Translations under genes and position numbers: made by a program
DNA from: Paracoccaceae bacterium
Lineage (GTDB): Bacteria > Pseudomonadota > Alphaproteobacteria > Rhodobacterales > Rhodobacteraceae
NCBI GenBank assembly: GCA_030065075.1
Contig: JASJDQ010000044.1
Coordinates: 1-21,000 of the forward strand
Reading direction: 5' to 3'
DNA length: 21,000 nt
The notes under the pieces: generated by a model
The model's database searches: none
Told to the model about the DNA's origin: nothing
What the model saw: only the letters and a program-made list of their open reading frames with translations
Shown: positions 13,914-21,000 of the stretch, piece after piece
Layout: every line of letters begins with the position of its first letter
Position numbering within the stretch: the stretch's first letter is position 1

Positions 13914-14468
13914 ATGTGTATTCGAATTAAAAGCCTTCGGGCGGTGGCCGTTGTTTTGGCACTGATTTTGCCGAACTCTGTACTGGCGGCGCAAAGTGAT
14001 ATTGAAGCTATGATGTGGGACCTCGTCACGACAACGGACGATATTTCTCATGTCGAGGCGTTCATCAGGAATTACCCGGACAGTGAACACATCCAAGAAG
14101 CGCGTACGATTGCCGACCGTTTGCGGTTGCGTCAGAATGCGCACTCCATGGAAGACGCGATCTTCCAGTCGATCGGCAGCGTTTCCTACGATGTTCCATT
14201 GGCTTTCGGTAACGAGATTCTGATCGGTCGGACGCTTTCCGAGATCATCGAAACGTCTCCGGAGTACCCACCAGTCGCAGGACTGCCCGAAGCGATGTGG
14301 AAAGAGCAGACTTGCAAATCGTGTCACACATGGACGCGGCAGGATCTGTGCACGCAGGCGAACAACTACGTGTCGATGGATCCAGCCAAGTACCGTGAAA
14401 AGATGCATCCCTTCGGCGGACTGTTGAAAATCAACCTTCGGAACTGGGCGCAGAACGACTGCGAGTAA
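13914..14468 (+). CDS. Secreted hypothetical protein, 184 aa, with a single CxxCH motif (CKSCH) and two further Cys. It sits in a patch of low GC, about 50%.
   Basis: Signal peptide (LRAVAVVLALILPNSVLAAQ). CKSCH is a potential c-type heme attachment site. Weak SD. Confidence 0.5.
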   Translation: MCIRIKSLRAVAVVLALILPNSVLAAQSDIEAMMWDLVTTTDDISHVEAFIRNYPDSEHIQEARTIADRLRLRQNAHSMEDAIFQSIGSVSYDVPLAFGNEILIGRTLSEIIETSPEYPPVAGLPEAMWKEQTCKSCHTWTRQDLCTQANNYVSMDPAKYREKMHPFGGLLKINLRNWAQNDCE

Positions 14469-14477
14469 AACCTGGTC

Positions 14478-15176
14478 TCAACCGCCGACTGTACGCCGCA
14501 CAATGCGGATGCGGTCGGCGTTTGGCGGGTGCGTGCCAAGGAAGCGATCGCCGGGGTCGGCGGCATCCATGAAGTAAAGCACGCCACGCATCGCGTCATA
14601 TCCAGCCGCTTCGGTGATCCGAGCCCCCAAGGCATCCGCTTCCAATTCGAATTGCTTCGAGAATCGGCGTGCACCGACCGTGCCGCCGATGTTTGTCGCC
14701 ACTTCGACGCCAGTGGGGTCAAGCCCGACGGCTGTTCCAAGGACGTTGCCAAGTATTGCGCCTGCGGTTGCGGTGGTTTGCGTCTGTTGAATGTGGCCAG
14801 CGATATGATGTGCCGCCTCGTGCGAAAGCGCGAATGCAACTTCGTCCCGGTTCTTCATCTGGCGCAGAAGCGCGGGCGTGAAGGCCAGGATAGGCCGCCC
14901 GGAGCGATCATAGGTCTGATATGCATTCGCGCCCATCCTCGGATTATTGTCGATCCGGATATCGAAATCGCAGTTCAACCCGCGTGTATTGGCGCGACAG
15001 GCCCGTTCCGCAATCGGTTCGACCCTGCGGACAACGGCGCGGTAATCGGCTAGCGTCTGGGGGCTGCCGGTGCGTGTCACTTTCGGCAAAGGCTCGCTGG
15101 AGGCGGACGTGGACGTGGTTTGCACGTCGCAGGCGGCCAGCAACGGCAGCAGGGCAAGGGCGATCAGTCGGCGCAT
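14478..15176 (-). CDS. M48-family zinc metallopeptidase lipoprotein (LoiP/YggG-like), 232 aa.
   Basis: Lipobox LLAAC after MRRLIALALLP. HExxH (SHEAAHHIAGH) and third-ligand motif ELEADALG. AGGAG SD upstream of the ATG at 15176. The upstream extension of the track ORF to 15572 is rejected. Confidence 0.8.
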   Translation of the reverse strand: MRRLIALALLPLLAACDVQTTSTSASSEPLPKVTRTGSPQTLADYRAVVRRVEPIAERACRANTRGLNCDFDIRIDNNPRMGANAYQTYDRSGRPILAFTPALLRQMKNRDEVAFALSHEAAHHIAGHIQQTQTTATAGAILGNVLGTAVGLDPTGVEVATNIGGTVGARRFSKQFELEADALGARITEAAGYDAMRGVLYFMDAADPGDRFLGTHPPNADRIRIVRRTVGG

Positions 15177-15303
15177 TGTCTCGGCTCCTGAGGTGTCTTT
15201 CCCTGATTGATGCGTCGAAGACCTGCGGATTTCAACCGGGTCATGGTGCGTCGGCAGGCCCTTGCTCTTGCAGAGGACCGTCCCCTCGGCCAAAGTTTGC
15301 CCC

Positions 15304-15540
15304 ATGTTCACCATCGAGCACGAATTCGACGCAACCGTTGTCACCCTGATCGACGAGGCCGCGCTGCATCGCCAGGAAGACATCACGATCACCGCCTTCG
15401 AGGATTGTGTGACCATCGAGCAGGCGTCACGGGACGGCGAAACGACACAGAAGATCACGCTCTCGTTGGCCCAACTGGCGGATTTGACGGCTGCGTTGAA
15501 CTTGCCGGAAGGGGTGTATACGCGACAAGACTCGCCCTGA
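15304..15540 (+). CDS. Small hypothetical protein, 78 aa (MFTIEHEFDATVVTLIDEAALHRQEDITITAFEDCVTIEQ...).
   Basis: ORF with protein-like composition. Convergent with tsaC, stops 10 nt apart. No clear SD. Confidence 0.4.
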   Translation: MFTIEHEFDATVVTLIDEAALHRQEDITITAFEDCVTIEQASRDGETTQKITLSLAQLADLTAALNLPEGVYTRQDSP

Positions 15541-15549
15541 CGCGGTCTT

Positions 15550-16473
15550 TCAGGTCCTGGGCGCGGCGGCACGGCGGAGGCGGTCGTTTATCGCGCGGCC
15601 AAGTCCGGTGTCGGGGATCGGCGCGACGGCGATCTTCTTGATGCGTCGTTCGTCGGCCTTGTGCAGAAGGTGGAACAGCCGGGCGGCCGCTTCCGTCAGG
15701 TCGCCCTTCTCCGAAAGCGTTTCATCGCCCGCGATGGCGCCGAAGCCGATGTGCCACTCGTCGGCATGGGCGGTTTCCGCCTCCAACCGTACCGCGCCAG
15801 ATGGCGCATAATGCGATGTCAGTTGCCCGGGTGCCGTGGGGGTGTCTGACGAAGATGTCGCACGGGGCAGGGCGTCGTCGACCGGGAAGCTGCCTTCGCG
15901 CAGCACGACGGTGCCGGGGAATTGCAGGATGGTGGACTCAAGCCCTTTCTGGGTCGGGCCACCGTCGATCACCGCTGCGATTTGCCCGCCCAGCCCCGCC
16001 AGAACATGCTCGGCCCGGCTGGGGCTGATCCGGCCCGACGGATTGGCCGAGGGAGCGGCGACGGGGCCGCCAAACCGCCGAAGCAGGCTTTGCGCCACGG
16101 GCGCGGCGGGCATGCGTATCGCCACGGTATCCAACCCTGCCGTGACCAGCGGCGAGAGCCCCGAACGCGGCTTCAGCGGCAGGACAAGCGTCAGCCCAGG
16201 CGGCCAGCCGCGCGCCAGATAGCGTTCGGCGGCGGCGGGCAGTACGGCGTAACGCGAGACCTCGCTGAATGGACCGGCCAGATGGACGATCAACGGGTTG
16301 AAACTCGGCCGTCCCTTGACGGCAAAGATCTGTGCCACGGCTTCGTCGTTCGTGGCGTCTGCGCCAAGGCCATAGACCGTCTCGGTCGGGAAGGCGACAA
16401 GCGCGCCTTGCCTCAAGAGCAAAGCTGCCCGGTCGATGCCTGCGCCGTCGGTGCCCAGAACCTCTGTTTCCAT
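15550..16473 (-). CDS. tsaC: L-threonylcarbamoyladenylate synthase (Sua5/YrdC/YciO family, long Sua5-type with C-terminal domain). t6A tRNA modification.
   Basis: YrdC signature LVAFPTETVYGLGADA. Length is consistent with the Sua5 type. The start is placed at the second Met (METEVLG), which has a GAGG SD. Confidence 0.85.
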   Translation of the reverse strand: METEVLGTDGAGIDRAALLLRQGALVAFPTETVYGLGADATNDEAVAQIFAVKGRPSFNPLIVHLAGPFSEVSRYAVLPAAAERYLARGWPPGLTLVLPLKPRSGLSPLVTAGLDTVAIRMPAAPVAQSLLRRFGGPVAAPSANPSGRISPSRAEHVLAGLGGQIAAVIDGGPTQKGLESTILQFPGTVVLREGSFPVDDALPRATSSSDTPTAPGQLTSHYAPSGAVRLEAETAHADEWHIGFGAIAGDETLSEKGDLTEAAARLFHLLHKADERRIKKIAVAPIPDTGLGRAINDRLRRAAAPRT

Positions 16474-16582
16474 GTCGCCTCGTGACGCTGCGTAGGACTT
16501 GCAGGCGACCAGTTCCGCCTGCATCTTTCCCTTGCGTTAGCGAGGCTTGCGGGCCTTGCCAAGTCGAATTGGAGTTGTCGGA

Positions 16583-18286
16583 ATGCCCTATGCGTCGCCC
16601 GTTCAGGATCACCGGTTCCTTCTGGAGCATGTCGTGGGCTTCCCGAGCGTGGCCGCGACCGAGCGGTTTGCCGATGCGACGCCCGACCTTGTCGAGGCCA
16701 TCCTGACCGAAGCGGGCAAGATGTGCGACGAGGTGCTGGCGCCCCTACAAAGAAATGGTGATCTGCATCCCGCGGTGCTGGAAAACGGGGTTGTCCGGAC
16801 ATCGCCCGGGTTTGCCGATGGCTACAAAGCGATTGCCGATGGCGGCTGGGTCGGTGTGATGGCGGACCCGGCGTATGGCGGTATGGGACTGCCCGTGGCG
16901 CTTGGCACGGCGATCAACGACATGATGGCGGGAGCCTGCCTGTCGCTGCATCTTTGCCCCGTATTGTCACTCGGTCAGATCGAAGCGCTGGAAGCGCATG
17001 CGAATGACGATATCAAGTCGCTCTACCTGCCGAAGCTCATCTCGGGAGAATGGACGGGCACGATGAACCTGACCGAACCGCAGGCGGGAAGCGATGTCGG
17101 TGCGCTGCGGTCCAAAGCCGAGCCGAACGGTGACGGCACATACAAGGTAACGGGGCAGAAGATCTACATCAGCTGGGGCGATGCGGATTTTGCCCAGAAC
17201 GTCTGTCACCTGGTCCTGGCACGTCTGCCGGACGCGGCACCGGGGACCAAGGGGATCAGCCTGTTTTTGGTGCCCAAGTTCCTTCCCGACGCCGAGGGCA
17301 ACCCGGGTCAGCGGAACGATCTGCGCGTCGTCAGCCTGGAACACAAGATGGGGCTTCATGGCTCGCCCACGGCGGTGATGGAATTCGATGGCGCCACCGG
17401 CTGGATGATCGGGCCCGAGAACGGCGGTATGGCGGCGATGTTCACGATGATGAACAACGCCCGTCTGGCTGTGGGGACGCAAGGAATCGGCGCTGCCGAA
17501 GGGGCGTTTCAGAAGGCGCTGGAGTATGCGCGCGAGCGCAAGCAGGGCAAGGCGGGCGGCACAGGCGCGATTGTCGAGCACGCCGATGTGCGCCGCATGC
17601 TGATGTCGATGAGGGCGGATATCTTCGCCGCGCGCGCCATCGCGCTGGCCTGCGGTGTCGCCATCGACATGGGGGATGCAACCGGACAGGACGACTGGAA
17701 AGCGCGCGCGGCGCTTCTGACGCCCGTCGCCAAGGCCTTTGGCACGGATGTGGGCGTGGCGGTGGCAGATACCGGCGTGCAAGTCCACGGCGGCATGGGC
17801 TTCATCGAGGAGACCGGTGCGGCACAATACTTCCGCGACGTGCGCGTCACTGCCATCTATGAAGGCACGAACGGCATTCAGGCGATGGATCTGGTCGCGC
17901 GCAAGATGATGGATGGGGGCGAGGCCATGTATCGCCTGCTGGACGATGTCGAAGCCGGCGCAGAGGCCGCACGGGCGGCGCATCCGGCGCTGGCCGAAAA
18001 GGTCTGGGCCTCGGCCGAGAGCCTGCGCGAGACGACGGAGTGGCTTGTCTCGCAAGGCATGGAACAGCGGTTCCCGGGCGCGGTGCCCTATCTGCGGGCG
18101 GCGGCACGGGTCCTTGGCGGGCATTATCACCTGAGTGCCGCGCAGGCTGCAGGCGAGGGTCCGCGTGTGGCGCTGGCAAGGTTCTATATCGACCGGCTTT
18201 TGCCCGAGCATGCCGCGCTTCTGGCGCAGGTGCGTGTGGGCGACGCGGGGCTCTACGACCTTTCACCCGACGATCTGGCGGCGTGA
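16583..18286 (+). CDS. Acyl-CoA dehydrogenase, large (about 570 aa) type with an extended C-terminal domain.
   Basis: MPYASPVQDHRFLL N-terminus. ACAD motifs (GMGLPVALGTAINDMMAGA, GTMNLTEPQAGSDVG, YEGTNGIQAMDL). GGAG SD before the ATG at 16583. Confidence 0.9.
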   Translation: MPYASPVQDHRFLLEHVVGFPSVAATERFADATPDLVEAILTEAGKMCDEVLAPLQRNGDLHPAVLENGVVRTSPGFADGYKAIADGGWVGVMADPAYGGMGLPVALGTAINDMMAGACLSLHLCPVLSLGQIEALEAHANDDIKSLYLPKLISGEWTGTMNLTEPQAGSDVGALRSKAEPNGDGTYKVTGQKIYISWGDADFAQNVCHLVLARLPDAAPGTKGISLFLVPKFLPDAEGNPGQRNDLRVVSLEHKMGLHGSPTAVMEFDGATGWMIGPENGGMAAMFTMMNNARLAVGTQGIGAAEGAFQKALEYARERKQGKAGGTGAIVEHADVRRMLMSMRADIFAARAIALACGVAIDMGDATGQDDWKARAALLTPVAKAFGTDVGVAVADTGVQVHGGMGFIEETGAAQYFRDVRVTAIYEGTNGIQAMDLVARKMMDGGEAMYRLLDDVEAGAEAARAAHPALAEKVWASAESLRETTEWLVSQGMEQRFPGAVPYLRAAARVLGGHYHLSAAQAAGEGPRVALARFYIDRLLPEHAALLAQVRVGDAGLYDLSPDDLAA

Positions 18287-19329
18287 ACGGCTCCGAGTTC
18301 GTGACGCGCAAGATCCGCTATCCGCACGAGACGCCACCGGACTTCGGCGAGGTGACAGAAGTGGCCAAGGGGATTCTCTGGCTACGCCTGCCTCTGCCGA
18401 TGGCACTGGATCACGTAAACGTCTACGCGCTGGACGAGGGCGACAGTTGGACGCTTGTCGACACCGGCATCGGAACGCGCAAGGGGCGCGAGGTGATGGA
18501 GGCCACGCTTGCCGGGCCGCTTGGCGGCAAACCGGTCGAGCGCGTTTTGGTCACCCACCATCACCCGGACCACATCGGTCTGGCTGGCTGGTTCAGGGAC
18601 CGCGGAGCGGAGCTTCTGATGACCCGCACGGCGTATCTTATGGCGCGGATGCTTGCGCTCGATGTGCAAGAACGCCCCGTGGCCGAGGCAATCGCGTTTT
18701 ACGAGAGCGCGGGCGCGGCGCCCGAGGTTATTGCCAGGCGTAGGGAAGAACGCCCGTTCAATTTCGCCGATGTCATCCATCCGCTGCCCCTTGGCTTCAC
18801 ACGCATCAGGGACGGGGATCAACTGACCTTGGGCGGTCGTCGCTGGCGGGTGCGCGAAGGCAACGGCCATGCGCCCGAGCACGCGACCCTCTGGTCAGAG
18901 GATGACCATCTGATCCTGGGCGGCGATCAGCTTCTGCCGTCGATTTCGCCGAACCTTGGGGTCTATCCGACCGAGCCGGGTGCCGACCCCGTGGCTGACT
19001 GGCTGGCGTCCTGCGAAGCTTTCCAGCCGCTCGGGCGCGAAGATCACCTGGTTCTGCCAGGCCACAAGTTGCCCTTCACCGGCTTGCCGACACGGCTCGA
19101 TCAGATGATCGAAAACCATGTCTCGGCGCTGGACAGGTTGCATGATTTCCTGGCAACGCCTGCGGCGGCGGGCGCGTGTTTTCTTCCGATCTTCAAGCGC
19201 GAAATCGGCGAGGGCGAGTATGGATTGGCTTTGGTCGAGGCCGTTGCGCACTGCCAGCACCTTTGGGCCAGCGGGCGCGCGACGCGCACACGCCGCGCCG
19301 ACGGGGCCTGGGTTTATGCGCAAAAGTGA
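18283..19329 (+). CDS. MBL-fold metallo-hydrolase. GTG start overlaps the ACAD stop (GTGA).
   Basis: THHHPDHIG (HxHxDH) metal-binding motif. In-frame GTG at 18283 overlaps TGA 18284-18286. The track ORF start at 18040 overlaps the ACAD gene and is rejected. Confidence 0.8.
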   Translation: MNGSEFVTRKIRYPHETPPDFGEVTEVAKGILWLRLPLPMALDHVNVYALDEGDSWTLVDTGIGTRKGREVMEATLAGPLGGKPVERVLVTHHHPDHIGLAGWFRDRGAELLMTRTAYLMARMLALDVQERPVAEAIAFYESAGAAPEVIARRREERPFNFADVIHPLPLGFTRIRDGDQLTLGGRRWRVREGNGHAPEHATLWSEDDHLILGGDQLLPSISPNLGVYPTEPGADPVADWLASCEAFQPLGREDHLVLPGHKLPFTGLPTRLDQMIENHVSALDRLHDFLATPAAAGACFLPIFKREIGEGEYGLALVEAVAHCQHLWASGRATRTRRADGAWVYAQK

Positions 19330-19386
19330 GTGGCGTTTCGCCGTGTCACTCGCTAGCACCGGGCGCAGGACAGGGAGACAAGGCCG

Positions 19387-19842
19387 ATGAGCACCGACGA
19401 AAACATCCCGCGCCGCGCGGTGGTCCATACCAAGCCCGGCGAGCATTCCGTCGAAGAGGAAGCGCTGCCACCCGCTTTGGCGAAAAAGCCGGTCGCGGCA
19501 AAGAGCCCTGCGGAATGGGCCTATCAACGGCTCATTCTCTACATTCAGAACTTCGAAAAGATGCTGGATAGCGAACAGGAAATCGCCATGGGGTTCACCG
19601 ACACCGGTGGAGGTTTCCTTCGGATCGAGGGATTGGGCCATTTCGACCCCGATATCGTAACCTTCTACGGGACGGATCAGACCGGAGCCAAGGTGCAGCT
19701 TGTCCAGCATGTGAGCCAGTTGAACGTGCTCTTGCGCGCGATGCCGAAAGAGCTGGAGGACGCCGAGCCACGGCGGATCGGATTCCAATTGGCCAAGGCC
19801 CTGGACAACGAGGTCGATGGGGCTGAAGGCGAGGGGCCCTAG
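19387..19842 (+). CDS. Conserved hypothetical protein, 151 aa.
   Basis: GGGAGA SD. Protein-like composition. No recognisable motif. Confidence 0.6.
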   Translation: MSTDENIPRRAVVHTKPGEHSVEEEALPPALAKKPVAAKSPAEWAYQRLILYIQNFEKMLDSEQEIAMGFTDTGGGFLRIEGLGHFDPDIVTFYGTDQTGAKVQLVQHVSQLNVLLRAMPKELEDAEPRRIGFQLAKALDNEVDGAEGEGP

Positions 19843-19865
19843 CGGAGGTGTTCAGAATGATTTGA

Positions 19866-19893
19866 CCCGGCGAAATTGCCGGGCCAAATTTCG
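19866..19893 (+). terminator. Two mutually exclusive hairpins: CCCGGC-GAAATT-GCCGGG, or CGAAATT-GCCGGGCC-AAATTTCG followed by TTTG. Putative terminator of the upstream gene, or a switch element.
   Basis: Seen in the sequence 24 nt after the 19842 stop. Confidence 0.35.
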
Positions 19894-19935
19894 TTTGCTC
19901 GAGAGGTCCTGTTCGCGGGCCCAAGGAGCGAAAAA

Positions 19936-20025
19936 ATGCTCAAATACTCATTCCTGTTTCCGGCGAACAACCAGATGAAAACCGATACGCGCCGTCTAAA
20001 CGACGAGGGAAGGCTTTTTCATTAA
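19936..20025 (+). CDS. SD-led small ORF/uORF, 29 aa (MLKYSFLFPANNQMKTDTRRLNDEGRLFH), in the long leader of the DUF2235 gene.
   Basis: AAGGAG 7 nt upstream of the ATG. Not in the ORF track because it is short. Confidence 0.2.
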   Translation: MLKYSFLFPANNQMKTDTRRLNDEGRLFH

Positions 20026-20203
20026 CGTTGGGGCATTTGGCTTCGATTGGGCGGAAATACGGCGGAAAGACGGCAAAACTCAATTTTTTCCGGGGTTTCT
20101 TCGGTTTTCGTCACTTTGTTATGTTGCCTGTCGTCTCCTGTCCAACAATCACGGTCCGTATGACCGCAATTAGCCAAGACCGCATGCAATTACAGGTATT
20201 TAG

Positions 20204-21000
20204 ATGAAACGTATCGCCATATTCTGCGACGGAACCTGGAACCGGTCCGATGCCACGCATCCGACCAACGTTATGCGGATGGCTCGTCTGGTGCATCGGA
20301 CAGCGGCGATGGGTGTGACGCAGCAGGTGATCTACGTCTCGGGCGTTGGCTCTGGTCGCGGAACGAATGCGATCTCGCGCGCGGTAGACCGGGTGACCGG
20401 CGGCGCCTTTGGCATGGGGCTTAGCCGCAATATCGAAGAAACCTACTGGCATCTGGCCTTTAACTATGAGCCTGGTGACGAGATCTACATCTTCGGGTTT
20501 TCGCGGGGGGCCTTCACCGCCCGGTCGCTGGCGGGACTATTGAGGTCGGCCGGCATTCCCCCGCAAGACAACCTGAGGCGCATTCCCGAAGCGATGAAGA
20601 TGTACCAATCCCGCGGTGCGGATGGCCATCCTGATGCCGAGGCCTCGTTGGCCTTTCGGGCCGACTTCTCGCCAGGCGTCGCAACGAGTGAAAAGGATCT
20701 GAAGGCAAGGAGCGCGCCGGCGCATCTTTTGAAGATCGCCTATCTGGGCGTCTGGGATACGGTAGGTTCGCTGGGGGTGCCGAACCAGCTTTTCCTGAGC
20801 AAGTTCATCAATTGGCGCTACCAGTTCCACGACCATGCGCTTTCCAGCTCGGTCGCGGCGGCACGCCACGCCGTGGCCGTGGACGAGCGCCGCCGCAATT
20901 TCATGCCGACGCTTTGGGACAATCTGGACCGGTTGAATGGCGATACGGTCACCAGACCCTACCGTCAGCTCTGGTATCCGGGCGACCACGGCGCGATCGG
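20204..21000 (+). CDS. DUF2235-family alpha/beta hydrolase (Tle1-like putative phospholipase fold). Complete N-terminus; the 3' end runs off the window.
   Basis: Hallmark motifs IFCDGTWN at the extreme N-terminus, GxSxG nucleophile elbow IFGFSRGAF, and LGVWDTVGSLG. Absent from the ORF track because there is no stop inside the window. Confidence 0.8.
   Translation, partial: MKRIAIFCDGTWNRSDATHPTNVMRMARLVHRTAAMGVTQQVIYVSGVGSGRGTNAISRAVDRVTGGAFGMGLSRNIEETYWHLAFNYEPGDEIYIFGFSRGAFTARSLAGLLRSAGIPPQDNLRRIPEAMKMYQSRGADGHPDAEASLAFRADFSPGVATSEKDLKARSAPAHLLKIAYLGVWDTVGSLGVPNQLFLSKFINWRYQFHDHALSSSVAAARHAVAVDERRRNFMPTLWDNLDRLNGDTVTRPYRQLWYPGDHGAI

Noticed and set aside
14478-15572. Full 364-aa version of the M48 peptidase ORF
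   Set aside because: The internal Met at 15176 has an AGGAG SD and begins a textbook lipoprotein signal (LLAAC lipobox). The upstream 130 aa are low-complexity and would overlap the small plus-strand gene.
15938-18211. Long antisense ORFs (15938..16630 minus, 16967..18211 minus, 15922..16485 plus) across tsaC and the acyl-CoA dehydrogenase
   Set aside because: They lie antisense or out of frame to genes with strong family motifs. They have Arg/Gly/His-rich composition.
18895-19788. 297-aa minus-strand ORF overlapping the MBL hydrolase and the hypothetical gene
   Set aside because: It overlaps two plus-strand genes that have proper SDs and motifs, and its translation shows no recognisable domain. 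Likely artefact.
1-21000. CRISPR arrays, rRNA genes, IS elements or integrase genes
   Set aside because: No regularly spaced direct repeats, no rRNA-like conserved stretches, and no transposase or integrase motifs in any frame. The island-like region lacks an identifiable mobility gene within this window.

Overview
High-GC (about 62-65%) alphaproteobacterial (Rhodobacteraceae-like) chromosomal window; the taxon assignment is an inference from composition and gene content. Order of content: (i) the 5' part of an acetolactate synthase large-subunit gene (ilvB/ilvI-type) on the minus strand, preceded by a textbook leader-peptide transcription attenuator that the ORF track does not show; (ii) a locus with a Cache-domain HisKA_3 sensor kinase and a NarL/FixJ response regulator, divergent from a TRAP transporter (SBP, small permease, large permease) whose membrane components are unusually large (DctQ-like 308 aa, DctM-like 784 aa with hydrophilic insertions); (iii) a secreted trypsin-like S1 protease; (iv) a tight tRNA-Lys(CUU)/tRNA-Asn(GUU) tandem followed by two degenerate tRNA-3'-end-like repeats and a patchy lower-GC cargo-like stretch (SPFH/band-7 protein with a novel N-terminal domain, a 5-TM membrane protein, AT-rich spacers, a YceI-like/OmpA-C fusion protein, a secreted CxxCH protein, an M48 lipoprotein peptidase); (v) core genes (Sua5/TsaC, a large acyl-CoA dehydrogenase translationally coupled to an MBL-fold hydrolase, a conserved hypothetical); (vi) a long structured leader with an SD-led 29-aa uORF, in front of an orphan DUF2235 (Tle1-like) alpha/beta hydrolase that runs off the window. 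No CRISPR array, no rRNA, no integrase or transposase. Most long ORFs antisense to these genes in the six-frame track are GC artefacts.
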